This document shows, piece by piece, positions 40,777-50,555 of a stretch of 64,000 nt of DNA (positions are counted from its first letter, which is position 1; every line of letters begins with the position of its first letter). The DNA is taken from positions 640,001 through 704,000 of the forward strand of contig JAXCHI010000003.1 in NCBI GenBank assembly GCA_033977065.1. Direction: 5' to 3'. The translations under genes and the position numbers were made by a program. Below the pieces are notes generated by a model. The model searched no databases, had not been told where the DNA came from, and saw nothing but the letters and a program-made list of their open reading frames with translations. This DNA is from Candidatus Algichlamydia australiensis (GTDB taxonomy: Bacteria; Chlamydiota; Chlamydiia; Chlamydiales; JAJFMI01).

Positions 40777-41184
40777 ATGAAAAAAATGCTATATGTAGCA
40801 ACTTTAGCTTTATCAAGTATGCTTTGCGCTGCAAAACCAGAGGTAATTTCTATAGAAGATATTAACCCAGAAATGATGGCTAAGCTACAAGAAAAAGAAC
40901 GTGCTAAACTCATTGTAAAGATGCCAAAAGGTATGGAGCTTCCTATGAGTGTCTTGATTTACGGAGACTTTTTCTCTGCAGGCACAGGAGGTGAAGAGGC
41001 ATTTACAGTAACTATAAAGCAAGATTTATTTTTAAAATTTTGTGGAGATGTCTTTTTCGCCAGTCTTGACGGAAAAAACTGGAAGAAGATGGAAGAATTT
41101 TTTACAGGCTCTTTTGGTTGGTCAGTTAATGATGAAACTGCAACAAAATTTGGCCTCTATTTAGAAGCTAATTTACGAAAGTAA
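40777..41184 (+). CDS. Small exported hypothetical protein
   Basis: Signal peptide MKKMLYVATLALSSMLCA, AGGAG RBS. Confidence 0.8.
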   Translation: MKKMLYVATLALSSMLCAAKPEVISIEDINPEMMAKLQEKERAKLIVKMPKGMELPMSVLIYGDFFSAGTGGEEAFTVTIKQDLFLKFCGDVFFASLDGKNWKKMEEFFTGSFGWSVNDETATKFGLYLEANLRK

Positions 41185-41195
41185 TCACGAACATT

Positions 41196-41225
41196 GAAGG
41201 CTCAAAATTTAATTTTTGAGCCTTC
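41196..41225. terminator. Inverted repeat after the BlaI locus
   Basis: GAAGGCTCAAAA-TTTAAT-TTTTGAGCCTTC. Confidence 0.6.
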
Positions 41226-41260
41226 TTGAGAATAAATGCAAAATAGGTTTTAATTTTCCC

Positions 41261-42217
41261 ATGGAACAGTATCAAGTCATTGCATTTTACGCATTTTTCT
41301 CGGTTGAAGATCCGCACTTAGAGGTGCGGCGTCAAAAGAAATTTTTAGGGGAGCGCGATGCGCGTGGCCGTATCTATATCTCTGAAGAGGGCTACAATGG
41401 CCAAATGAGCGCTTCTCCTCAAGCTGCTAAAGAGTATATTGCCTGGATGAAAGAAGATCCACGCTTTGCAAACGTGCAGTTTAAAATCCATTTTTACCAT
41501 GAGCATCCTTTTGATCGCATGACTGTCAAGTATCGCGAGCAGATTGTTGCTCTAGATGAAAAAGTTGATATGAAGCTGACTGGAGAGCATGTTTCTCCCG
41601 AGAAGTGGCGGGAGATGCTCGAGTCGCGCGATGAAAATACGATTTGTATTGATGTGCGCAATAATTATGAGTCGGAGGTCGGCCACTTTGAAGGAGCCGA
41701 GTGTCCTAACTTAGAGACATTTCGCGAATTTCCCGAATATGCAAATCAACTTGCCAAACGCTTAGATACAAAAAATACCAAAGTGATGATGTACTGCACT
41801 GGTGGTATTCGCTGTGAGCTCTATTCTGCTTTGATGAAAGAGCGCGGTTTTGAGAATGTCTACCAGCTTGACGGTGGTGTAATCAATTACGGCCTTCAAG
41901 AGGGAGCTAAGCACTGGAAGGGCAAGCTCTTTGTATTTGATGATCGTATGGTCGTGCCGATTAGTCAGGATAATGATGAAGTGCTCACTACATGCAAGGA
42001 TTGTGGCGCACCTTGCGATCACTATTTTAATTGCGCGCATATGGACTGCAATAAACTTTTTATTAGCTGTATGGAGTGTGCGAAGAAAGCGGACGGTTGC
42101 TGCTCTAAAAAATGTCTTGAAGAGGGTCGCGTGCGTCCCTTTGATCCTAGGCACGCACCTCGTCCTTACCGTCGTTTGAGTAAAGAGGAAAAAGAGCACC
42201 TTGTGGGAGCTGAGTAG
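41261..42217 (+). CDS. trhO: tRNA uridine(34) hydroxylase (YceA/UPF0176 rhodanese-like)
   Basis: GRIYISEEGYNGQ, DVRNNYE, YCTGGIRCE, FVFDDR. Confidence 0.92.
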   Translation: MEQYQVIAFYAFFSVEDPHLEVRRQKKFLGERDARGRIYISEEGYNGQMSASPQAAKEYIAWMKEDPRFANVQFKIHFYHEHPFDRMTVKYREQIVALDEKVDMKLTGEHVSPEKWREMLESRDENTICIDVRNNYESEVGHFEGAECPNLETFREFPEYANQLAKRLDTKNTKVMMYCTGGIRCELYSALMKERGFENVYQLDGGVINYGLQEGAKHWKGKLFVFDDRMVVPISQDNDEVLTTCKDCGAPCDHYFNCAHMDCNKLFISCMECAKKADGCCSKKCLEEGRVRPFDPRHAPRPYRRLSKEEKEHLVGAE

Positions 42218-44390
42218 AGCAAATGGGGCAAAGCGCTCCTTCGCTCTAACTTCTCCTCACGGTGACTATGAAGAAGTCGCAATGCGTGATGCGATTGCGC
42301 GTCTAAAAATACTTGCCATTTCTGGCGGTCTCTCCTGGAAAAAACAGAAGCTAATTTGTGACTTGCTCTCTCCCTATTTTTTGGAGCTTTCTGCATTAAA
42401 AGAGGGCGATGAAGTTCTTGTAGAAGCCTCCATTATTCGAGGAACAAGTAAGACCTCTTTGCAAAAATGTGTAGAGCTTTTTCCTGCTCCGATGCCTATC
42501 GCTCTGCTTCCCCCTTTTCTCTATTTTGTAGATGCCGATTTGCGTCTGATGCAAAAATTTCTTTCTGGTAGTGCACTTTTTTCTCATGCGGAATGGGAAG
42601 AGGTTAAGCGCGACTGTGATGAGAATGTTGCTATTGTTGAAGAGGGAGAGTCAGGGCCGTTACTCTCTCTGCCAAAATTGATTTTACAGGATGAAACAGG
42701 CGCTTTTGGGAAGACAGATGCCAAAGAGTGGGAAAACGATCTTCTTGAGGTTGGCTATCGCAAAGCTGCAGAAAAATTTTACTGTCCTAGCGATTGCGCT
42801 CGCTTAGCTATTTCTAAGCTCTTACAAAAAGGATGGGAAGTAGAAGATGCAAGGGGACGAAAGGTTCTTCTGCAAAGTGGTGTGAGTTACACAAGGTCTG
42901 ATGAGGGCGTGCGAGGAAAGGCCCATTTTGGAGAGGAGGAGAGGGATTTTTCTGATCTTGAGATGAAAATGCAATCGCCGCTTATCTCCTTATCAGAGAC
43001 GAGTGTAGGACTGCTTGATCGAGAAGAGCTACCACAAGAGTTTATGGGACGAAAAGCCGCGCTCTCCAATGTTGAGGCAGCAAGTATTGGGTTTAAGGGG
43101 ATAGATCCAGGCGAAGTGTCTCCAGGTCAGTATTTTATAGGAGAACTTTTTCCCTATCAACAGCAGGGAGTCAACTGGCTTCACCTAATTTATGCCAACG
43201 GCCTTAGTGGAATTTTGGCAGATGAGATGGGACTGGGAAAGAGTGTCCAACTCTTGGCATTTTTTTCAGGGTTAAATGTGCCACATTCACTCCTCATTGT
43301 GGCGCCCACTTCGCTACTTGAGAATTGGCAGCGTGAGGTCCAGAAATTTTGGCCAAATGGAAATCCCTATCTCTATTATGGAGAAGGGCGAGATCCTAGT
43401 AAGCTTAATAATCAAACACTTGTCTTAACCTCTTACGCGATTTTGCGGCGCGATTGTGAGGAGTTATCAAAAGAGAAGTGGGGAGCTATTGCACTGGACG
43501 AGGCCCAGGTGATTAAAAACCCTAAAAGCCAAACGTTTCAGGCTGTCCTTAAGCTTCAAGCTCCTTTTCGTCTTTCGATTACTGGCACGCCTATTGAAAA
43601 CCACCTTCAAGATCTCTTTACCCAGTTTCGCTTTCTCTTTCCTAAGAACCGATTTACACAGACAGAGCGCACTAAACCTTTTATCTTAAGGCGCACAAAA
43701 GAGGAAGTTGAGCTTGATTTGCCTGAAAAGCTCGAGCAGATCGTTTATGTAGGTATGAACGAGGAGCAGCAGTCTGCCTACGATGCAATGCTTGAGAAGA
43801 CACGTCAAGAAGAAGATCTTACCCAAATACAAGTTCTAGAGAGGCTCTTGAGATTAAGGCAGATCTGTTGCGATCCTAGGCTAATTGAGCCGGAAAATAA
43901 GCAGAGTGCAAAATTTGAGAGATTGCTTGCCGATTTAGAAGAGCTTGAAGGGAAGAAGGTTTTAGTTTATAGCCAGTTTACCCAGATGCTCTCTCTAATA
44001 GCGAAGGAGTTAGATAAAAGAGGCAAAAAAATTCTCTATCTTGATGGCAAGACAAAAAATCGAATGGAGCTTGTAGATCAGTTTCAAAATGATTCCAGCT
44101 GCAATATTTTTCTCATAAGTTTGAAGGCGGGCGGAGTTGGTCTCAATTTAACGGCGGCTGATTACATACTGATTTACGACCCTTGGTGGAATGAAGCCGT
44201 TGAAAATCAAGCGATTGACCGCGCCCACAGGATTGGCAGGAAGGGGACGGTCATCGCTCGAAGATATGTTACAATCGGCAGCCTAGAGGAGAAGATCATG
44301 CAGCTAAAAGAGCGCAAGCGCCTGCTTGTCGAGCAGTCTCTAAGTTCCGAATCTGTTCAATTTGAAGAGTTGAAAAATCTCTTATCCTAA
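42201..44390 (+). CDS. SNF2-family helicase
   Basis: LADEMGLGKS, LDEAQ, DPWWNEAVENQAIDRAHRIG; start uncertain. Confidence 0.9.
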   Translation: MWELSRANGAKRSFALTSPHGDYEEVAMRDAIARLKILAISGGLSWKKQKLICDLLSPYFLELSALKEGDEVLVEASIIRGTSKTSLQKCVELFPAPMPIALLPPFLYFVDADLRLMQKFLSGSALFSHAEWEEVKRDCDENVAIVEEGESGPLLSLPKLILQDETGAFGKTDAKEWENDLLEVGYRKAAEKFYCPSDCARLAISKLLQKGWEVEDARGRKVLLQSGVSYTRSDEGVRGKAHFGEEERDFSDLEMKMQSPLISLSETSVGLLDREELPQEFMGRKAALSNVEAASIGFKGIDPGEVSPGQYFIGELFPYQQQGVNWLHLIYANGLSGILADEMGLGKSVQLLAFFSGLNVPHSLLIVAPTSLLENWQREVQKFWPNGNPYLYYGEGRDPSKLNNQTLVLTSYAILRRDCEELSKEKWGAIALDEAQVIKNPKSQTFQAVLKLQAPFRLSITGTPIENHLQDLFTQFRFLFPKNRFTQTERTKPFILRRTKEEVELDLPEKLEQIVYVGMNEEQQSAYDAMLEKTRQEEDLTQIQVLERLLRLRQICCDPRLIEPENKQSAKFERLLADLEELEGKKVLVYSQFTQMLSLIAKELDKRGKKILYLDGKTKNRMELVDQFQNDSSCNIFLISLKAGGVGLNLTAADYILIYDPWWNEAVENQAIDRAHRIGRKGTVIARRYVTIGSLEEKIMQLKERKRLLVEQSLSSESVQFEELKNLLS

Positions 44391-44582
44391 TGGAGGCATG
44401 GGAGGCCGCGGATCATCGCTCTTGCGATCCAGCATCTCAAGCGCCGCCTCTTTAAGGGTTTTTAGGCCCTCTTCAAAGCCGATCTCTTTTAAAAGCTGAT
44501 CGAGGTAGCTACGCTCAGCTTGCAATTGATCACATAGGGATTCTAACTTGGCAACTTTTCTTTCCAAATGGTTTGTGGACAT
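44382..44582 (-). CDS. Small coiled-coil hypothetical protein
   Basis: AGGAG RBS, LERKVAKLESLCDQL heptads. Confidence 0.7.
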   Translation of the reverse strand: MSTNHLERKVAKLESLCDQLQAERSYLDQLLKEIGFEEGLKTLKEAALEMLDRKSDDPRPPMPPLG

Positions 44583-44649
44583 GGTTTTATTCTCCTGTTT
44601 TTGTTTATACAGAAGCAAAAACCGTGCCAAGTGGAAGAAATTTTAAAAA

Positions 44650-45096
44650 TTAATTCTTAAGATGCTGATTTTCAAAGGAGAGAATTTTTTTCTTCATCCA
44701 AACGCCAAAACCAAATCCTCCAATACTGCCATCTTTTGCAATTACGCGGTGGCAAGGAATAAATAGAGGGAGGGGATTGTGGTGGAGAGCCATGGCAACC
44801 GCCCTGCAGGCAGTCGGTCGGCCAATTTTTTCGGCTAAACCACTATATGAGATCGTTTGACCAAAGGGAATTCTAGCTGTCTCTTCAAGGACGATTCTTG
44901 AGAAAGGTCGAAGCGGAAGGGGCTTTAGGAGGTGGGCTAAATTTTTCCCTTCTAGATATTCTCCCATAAAAGAGAAAGGCTCCCCAATAATTTCAAATTG
45001 GGAAGCCTTTTCAAGTCTAGTTTTTACAATAACTCCATCCTCCTGAAAGATATGGAGTCGAATGGTTAACTTAGAAAGTGCCTTGTCCATTTGCAC
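44650..45096 (-). CDS. ogt: Methylated-DNA--protein-cysteine methyltransferase
   Basis: IPFGQTISY, RAVA, NPLPLFIPCHRV. Confidence 0.9.
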   Translation of the reverse strand: MQMDKALSKLTIRLHIFQEDGVIVKTRLEKASQFEIIGEPFSFMGEYLEGKNLAHLLKPLPLRPFSRIVLEETARIPFGQTISYSGLAEKIGRPTACRAVAMALHHNPLPLFIPCHRVIAKDGSIGGFGFGVWMKKKILSFENQHLKN

Positions 45097-46075
45097 GTTC
45101 TAACTGAATCGCGATATCGCGCTCACGCTGCAATAGCTCATCATATTTGTTTTTTGATACCATCTCATTGTTATAGAACCACTCTCGTTTTGTCTGTCCA
45201 TCAAGATAGACAATCGACACGCCGTGACGCTTTCCTGCGACCCACTGGTTCTCTTCAATAAGCTTGGTGCCATCCATGTAAAAGCGTTCAGGACCGTGCT
45301 TAAAACCGCTGTTGTAGCTCACCTCTAAATAGAGAACCCCATTTTGAAAGTAAGAGCATACACCGTGAGGTTGTCCCTTGTAGTAGTTCTCAATTGAGAC
45401 GGGTTCACCACTCTCAGCAAAAACTCTTTTCTCTCCGTGGTAAGTACCGCCTGCGAAAGAGACGATGCTGCTAGGTGTTCCATTTTTGTGGAATGTTTTG
45501 CGCATTGTGACAAAGCCCTCTTCAATTTTTTCACTTGAAAGAAGTAGACCTTTTGGATCGCGGGTAAGGCGTTCACCTTGGCCGTTAGTAACGCGCGCTT
45601 CGCACTCATTTTTTGTATTAAAATACTCAGCAGAAGCAAGAGCTTGATCTTGGTACTCTTCAACAGCTCTTGGCGAGCCTAATTTGTACCAGGAGGTCAT
45701 TTTCAGTCTGCTAGGGCTTAAGTGTTGCTCTTCACGAACGGGCAAGCCCTTCACATTGTAAAAAGTCTTTTTTGTTAGAATCCCATGAGAATAAATCTCC
45801 ACAGACTCCAACGTTTGGCTGTGAGGATGGGTATAAGTTGTAGGGCCGTCTAAAAATCCATCATCGTAAGTTGATGTGATCGTTACGCCATTGCGCATAG
45901 TTGTGATGACCTGGCCTGGATAGTGATTGTTTTGCCACTCATCCGGTGATACGTCATAGCCATACTTGTGAATATAGCGTTGAGAAACTACCTCGCTCTC
46001 GCGACTGCGATTATTATTGTCGTGGCAGCCAGCCAAGGCGAGAAGTGTAAATAGGGAAAGCATTTGCTTTTTCAT
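45071..46075 (-). CDS. MORN-variant repeat lipoprotein (CT476-like)
   Basis: Lipobox LAGC, YIHKYG, MORN-like repeats; upstream of ogt. Confidence 0.8.
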   Translation of the reverse strand: MKKQMLSLFTLLALAGCHDNNNRSRESEVVSQRYIHKYGYDVSPDEWQNNHYPGQVITTMRNGVTITSTYDDGFLDGPTTYTHPHSQTLESVEIYSHGILTKKTFYNVKGLPVREEQHLSPSRLKMTSWYKLGSPRAVEEYQDQALASAEYFNTKNECEARVTNGQGERLTRDPKGLLLSSEKIEEGFVTMRKTFHKNGTPSSIVSFAGGTYHGEKRVFAESGEPVSIENYYKGQPHGVCSYFQNGVLYLEVSYNSGFKHGPERFYMDGTKLIEENQWVAGKRHGVSIVYLDGQTKREWFYNNEMVSKNKYDELLQRERDIAIQLERANGQGTF

Positions 46076-46102
46076 GAATTACCTCAGAAAGTCGTCTTTC
46101 CT

Positions 46103-46699
46103 TTAAGAATTACGCAATGGGAGGTAAAATTCAAGAGTTTTTCCTGAGAAATAATAAAAGGGAATCACTGTAACTAGATAGAAAATTCTTTGTTGAAAAC
46201 TCGCAGGAGAATGAGGTGTTCTGAGTTTATATGGTTTTAGCAATGGAGAAAAGATAACAGCCATTCCCAAAATTCCCAAACCAATTTTGTTTATGCTCAT
46301 CTTATTTTGCTGCGCTCTACCTAAAACAAAGTTTTTTATTTGGTTTCTAAGTGGGGTAATAAAGGGAGAAAAAAAGAAAGAAGTAGCTCCAAAATTTAAA
46401 ATCATAAATTGTGCAATGCGCTTTGCGCTCTTGAGATGAGGAGCGCTACGATAAAAGAGGCAGGCTGATAAGACAAAAGCAAGAGGCGCAAAGGCTGCAT
46501 AAGGCGCATGAAGCTCTTTTTCATCGATGTAATCTCGTAAAAGTTTTCCAAGAGGTAAGCAGTGGAATGCTGTGGCACAAAGAGATGTAGCCGTTAGAAA
46601 TTGAGCTGAGCCAAATAAAGATTTGAGCCCGACTTCTTGTGTAATGACTTTTGTGTAGTAAAAGTGTGTCCCTATTGCTGTGATTCCAACTGCAGTCAT
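46103..46699 (-). CDS. Multi-TM hypothetical protein, paralog 5 (diverged) of tandem family
   Basis: AFHCLPLGKLL and LSACLFYRSAPHL match family motifs. Confidence 0.7.
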   Translation of the reverse strand: MTAVGITAIGTHFYYTKVITQEVGLKSLFGSAQFLTATSLCATAFHCLPLGKLLRDYIDEKELHAPYAAFAPLAFVLSACLFYRSAPHLKSAKRIAQFMILNFGATSFFFSPFITPLRNQIKNFVLGRAQQNKMSINKIGLGILGMAVIFSPLLKPYKLRTPHSPASFQQRIFYLVTVIPFYYFSGKTLEFYLPLRNS

Positions 46700-46708
46700 G
46701 AAGACAGT

Positions 46709-47752
46709 TTACATAACAGCGTTTTTTAATGCCCCCATATGTGTAAAAAGCAACTTGCTATGAGCGCGTTTGATTTTTCCAAATAAATTTCTTTGAATAA
46801 GCTCGCAAGCAAATGCCGAGGTACTAAGATCTGAAGAGAAATAAAGATAGCTCAAGGATGCTCCTCCAACGGCAACTGCCGCAGTTGTTTTGTACGGATT
46901 GCTCTCTTTTTTAAAACTAGAAGGGAGGACGGCGGCTTCTTGCTGCGGTTCAAAAGACTCGAGTTCTTCTTTAAGATCTCGAATAGTACGTGTAAGTAAT
47001 TTGATGTAGTGTTTCTTCTCTTTAGAAGTTAAAGTTTTAGGATCATAAAAGTCTGAAAAGTCTGCCAGTTGGTAAAATTCAGAGTTTAAGGGGTCATATG
47101 TGAGGTTAGTAATTCTGGCAATTAATTCTGCAACTGACGAATTTAATAGCCCCCAAAGTTGTTTGTTTCCTACATGGACTAAGGCGTCTTTGAACGTTTC
47201 TAAGTGTGAAAGACTCTGTTGATGGCAGACTACTCCTGCAACAAATGCTCCTATTGCGAACAGATAAGGAAGTGTTTCAAATATTTCCCCTTGCCACCCG
47301 TAGTCCGGTTCAGGGGGAATAGATTGTACTTGCTCCTGAACAAGCCTTTTGATTTTGTCTCTATTTGCTAGAATTGAGGTGCGCAAACGGTTGCGTTCGG
47401 AAAGCACGGGCTCTTTTGTTTCACGAAAGGCTGCTCGAGGTAGATCCTTCCAGTAATCTGATTCCGATTTATATGCGAAAGTTGCAATGGTTGTCGATTT
47501 TTTACCCAAAACCTTTTGAACGATCTTATTAACAGGAATCTGAGAAAAGGCTGCCATAGTTAGAACCTTTGCGCCCAAAAGCAGTAGCAAACCAGTGGTG
47601 GGATCAGAATAGTTTTCGGAAAGCAAAGAGTTATAAATTAAACAGGAGGCGGCCAATAATGAGATGGCTAGGACTCCCATTGACTCTTTGGATATTGTAT
47701 GAGGGCTTTGGTCTGTTGGGGTAGCGATTGTGTAAGCAAGTTCGGTTTTCAT
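46709..47752 (-). CDS. Membrane protein, paralog 4 of tandem family
   Basis: AFSQIPVNKI...TIATF, CHQQSL, FYQLADFSDFY. Confidence 0.8.
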   Translation of the reverse strand: MKTELAYTIATPTDQSPHTISKESMGVLAISLLAASCLIYNSLLSENYSDPTTGLLLLLGAKVLTMAAFSQIPVNKIVQKVLGKKSTTIATFAYKSESDYWKDLPRAAFRETKEPVLSERNRLRTSILANRDKIKRLVQEQVQSIPPEPDYGWQGEIFETLPYLFAIGAFVAGVVCHQQSLSHLETFKDALVHVGNKQLWGLLNSSVAELIARITNLTYDPLNSEFYQLADFSDFYDPKTLTSKEKKHYIKLLTRTIRDLKEELESFEPQQEAAVLPSSFKKESNPYKTTAAVAVGGASLSYLYFSSDLSTSAFACELIQRNLFGKIKRAHSKLLFTHMGALKNAVM

Positions 47753-47784
47753 ATTTATTATCTTGTTATTAATTTATAACAATA

Positions 47785-47813
47785 ATTATATATATTAAAT
47801 AATTTACTTGCAA
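47785..47813 (-). promoter_or_regulatory. Near-consensus sigma66 promoter
   Basis: TTGCAA-N17-TATAAT. Confidence 0.75.
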
Positions 47814-47844
47814 ATTGTTTTGCAAAAAATTGTAAATCAATTAC

Positions 47845-48903
47845 TTACAAAATAATAGATTTTAGTGCGAGGGCATGGAGTTTCACTTGCCTACTGAAAG
47901 GTTTTGCGACAATGTGGGCGTAGGGCATTGCTTTAATCTGATCTGCAACATAGGTAAAACCGCCATTTTTAGAGTAGGCGTAAGAGCAGGCTAAACCCAA
48001 AAGGCCTAAGCTGATTTTTGCAGTAGTTTTGAAATAAGAGCGCTCTTTTTTGGGAAGAGTGGGAGCTTGCAACTCTTTTTTATTCCATTTAAAAGAGTTC
48101 ACATCTTTTGTTATATCTCGAACTGCATGAGAGAGGAGAGCCGAGAGGTGTTGAATCTCCTTATCTGTTAGATTTTCCGTATTATAAAAATCAGAGACTC
48201 CAACAAGCTCATAAAAAGAGAGGTCGAAAGGATTTGGGATCAACCCCATAGTCACAGGATAAAACATCCTGCGAAAAACGTGTCTTTGGGTCATATGTCC
48301 TAGAGCAAGGCCAAATGTTGTGAGGGGAGGGAGGCTTTGTTGATAGCAAACTGTAGCGCCCAAAATTGCGATGATAGCGGCAAAGTAGGGTGCTAATGTC
48401 CACAGTTTTTCCTGAAATGTTGGTTCCACTTCGGGAGGCATTTTCTGGATTAAGTCATCTACACGCTTTTTAATTTCTTCTTTTTTTGAGAGGAGAAAAT
48501 CACGTAAGCGCTCCCGTTTTTCTAGTGCTTTTTTCCCAGAACCAGTGTAGTTGCCAAATAGAATATTGAGGTACTCATTGCGATAAAAGTCCCACTTAGA
48601 GCGGGGGGCAAAAGTCGCAACAGCAGTGGAGTCATTTTGTCCTGTGATAGAAGTCAAAATTTTACCTACGGGGATTGTGGTAAAAGCAAGCACCGTTATA
48701 ACTTTTGCTTGCATAAGCAGGAATGTCCCTGTAAAGGGCTCGGGCGAATTTTGCTGTATGAGGGTGCTATAAGAGAAGTATGAAGTAAGAAGAGCTGTAA
48801 CCGCTAAAGCAGTCAAACTCCATTTCGTAACGGAGGGAGGCTTTTCCTCAAGAGAGGGAGCTCTAATCGCATAGGAGGTGTCTCGGGAGATCATGCTCAT
48901 CAA
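47845..48903 (-). CDS. Membrane protein, paralog 3 of tandem family
   Basis: AFTTIPVGKI...AVATF, CYQQSL, FYELVGVSDFY. Confidence 0.8.
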   Translation of the reverse strand: MMSMISRDTSYAIRAPSLEEKPPSVTKWSLTALAVTALLTSYFSYSTLIQQNSPEPFTGTFLLMQAKVITVLAFTTIPVGKILTSITGQNDSTAVATFAPRSKWDFYRNEYLNILFGNYTGSGKKALEKRERLRDFLLSKKEEIKKRVDDLIQKMPPEVEPTFQEKLWTLAPYFAAIIAILGATVCYQQSLPPLTTFGLALGHMTQRHVFRRMFYPVTMGLIPNPFDLSFYELVGVSDFYNTENLTDKEIQHLSALLSHAVRDITKDVNSFKWNKKELQAPTLPKKERSYFKTTAKISLGLLGLACSYAYSKNGGFTYVADQIKAMPYAHIVAKPFSRQVKLHALALKSIIL

Positions 48904-50468
48904 ATGAAGTGCTCCCCAAGATCTGTAACGGTTTGCTGGAAGTAGCCACTTAAGGCGTCATCTAGCCACTCTTTCCAGCTGCCCTCCTTATCTCCCTTTG
49001 GGATTTGGCACATGTGATTTTCTAAATTTTCAAAAAGGGCTTCAACGTCTATCATCTCTATCAAATTTTTCATCTTTTCGGTGGGGGCAAGAGCCATTAA
49101 CAGTGTTTTTATTCCCCAGCTCACCGTCTCTATAAGGTTTTTCATTTTTTTGATGTAGGCAAGAACCATTAACAATGTTTTGACTCCAAAGGCTACTTGT
49201 TTCCAGACACCCTGAACTCGGGCTGTAGTGAGATCGCTGCGCTTTAAATACGCTCTCTTCTCTGTACTGAATTCTTCTGAAAGAGCTTGAATATTTTTAT
49301 AACTAGAGTGTTTTTGCTTAAGTTTGTGAATGGATTTCCGAATTTGCTTAAGCTCTTGCACAATTTTCTGTAAGTGTTTTTGCGACTCAACCCCACTTGC
49401 TGACTCTATCCAAGTTTGTAGTATTGGGGTGCTGCTAGGAATTGCTTTTGCGACCTCTTTGAGAGTAGATAAAAGTGTTTGGATGTCCTCTTTTTTTTGT
49501 GGGTTTGCTGCTAAGTCTTCAGCTTTTAGAAGAAGGGCAAAAGAGCTCTCTTCTCGCTCTTTGTTCATTTGCAAATGAATATTGCGAATTTTGTGAAGAT
49601 CCGCAGGCTCTGTTTTCCCGAGATCCTGATTTATCTTATCTCCCATCTCGTGTACAATCTTTTTCAAAATCTCAACTCTACGCTCTTTTTCCCATGAGTA
49701 AAGTTGATGAGCATGAGGTAGAAAATCCTCTAAGCTTACGAGCGTTTCGGGAGAGGCTTTGCCTGAGTACTCTTTGGAAATCAAGCCGTAGGTAAAATAG
49801 TTTCCAATGCTTGATAAAAGCTGTTCTCCTGCAATATAGGTAAGAGTTCTGCGAGTTGTTCCTAAGAAAATCAATGAGCTTTGAAAGAGATAGACCGCTC
49901 CGATAAAGGAGAGGACAGAGAGCGCAACGCGAATGATTTTTTCTTGCAGATTGTGGTGAATTTCATGATCAAGGTACTTATTTAAGATCTCGACACGATG
50001 TTCTTTTAGAAAAGAGTGCTTGAGGCGCTCTTTGTCACAAAAAAGTGTCACCTCATCTAAATTTTCAGCATTAGTTGTAAAATTTGCAATTGTTGTATCA
50101 ACCTCTCTTCCTAAAATCGTATCGATGACCTTCCCAACCGGAATGAGTACAAAGGCAAGAGTACAGAGAACATTTCCTCCTATATACCCCCCAATCTCAA
50201 TTGGGGATGAAACAGGAAAATAAGGAGCTGTATACTTCAAAAACAGAGCATATACTATTGTTGTTCCTGCTACGTAAGAAATTTTTGAAATTAAGGAGGA
50301 ACTAGGAGGTTTAGAATCAATTGCTGCTACGCGCAATTGGAGGTCAGGAGCACCTTTTTCTATAGAAATATTTTTAATATACTCAATGGCAGTCGAATTC
50401 CCATTTCCATAAATAGAAGGGGGGAGTCGATGAGAAGAAAACGAGGGAATAAGAGATGTTTCAGCCAT
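48900..50468 (-). CDS. Membrane protein with coiled-coil region, paralog 2 of tandem family
   Basis: AFVLIPVGKV...TIANF, LFQSSL, LVSLEDF...SWEK. Confidence 0.8.
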   Translation of the reverse strand: MAETSLIPSFSSHRLPPSIYGNGNSTAIEYIKNISIEKGAPDLQLRVAAIDSKPPSSSLISKISYVAGTTIVYALFLKYTAPYFPVSSPIEIGGYIGGNVLCTLAFVLIPVGKVIDTILGREVDTTIANFTTNAENLDEVTLFCDKERLKHSFLKEHRVEILNKYLDHEIHHNLQEKIIRVALSVLSFIGAVYLFQSSLIFLGTTRRTLTYIAGEQLLSSIGNYFTYGLISKEYSGKASPETLVSLEDFLPHAHQLYSWEKERRVEILKKIVHEMGDKINQDLGKTEPADLHKIRNIHLQMNKEREESSFALLLKAEDLAANPQKKEDIQTLLSTLKEVAKAIPSSTPILQTWIESASGVESQKHLQKIVQELKQIRKSIHKLKQKHSSYKNIQALSEEFSTEKRAYLKRSDLTTARVQGVWKQVAFGVKTLLMVLAYIKKMKNLIETVSWGIKTLLMALAPTEKMKNLIEMIDVEALFENLENHMCQIPKGDKEGSWKEWLDDALSGYFQQTVTDLGEHFI

Positions 50469-50498
50469 TTGTAATAATAATCGTTAATTTGAATTATT

Positions 50499-50527
50499 AT
50501 TATAAATAATTGAATAATTAATTGCAA
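50499..50527 (-). promoter_or_regulatory. Near-consensus sigma66 promoter
   Basis: TTGCAA-N17-TATAAT. Confidence 0.75.
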
Positions 50528-50555
50528 TAAGAGATTTGAAAATAAAGTAAAATTT

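Noticed and set aside
6378..44390. Two SNF2 helicases as a defence system
   Set aside because: Two SNF2-family genes are standard in chlamydiae; both sit in housekeeping context with no defence partners.
45071..46075. YwqK-type antitoxin of a toxin-antitoxin pair
   Set aside because: Resemblance comes from generic MORN repeats; it is a lipoprotein at a conserved chlamydial position with no toxin neighbour.
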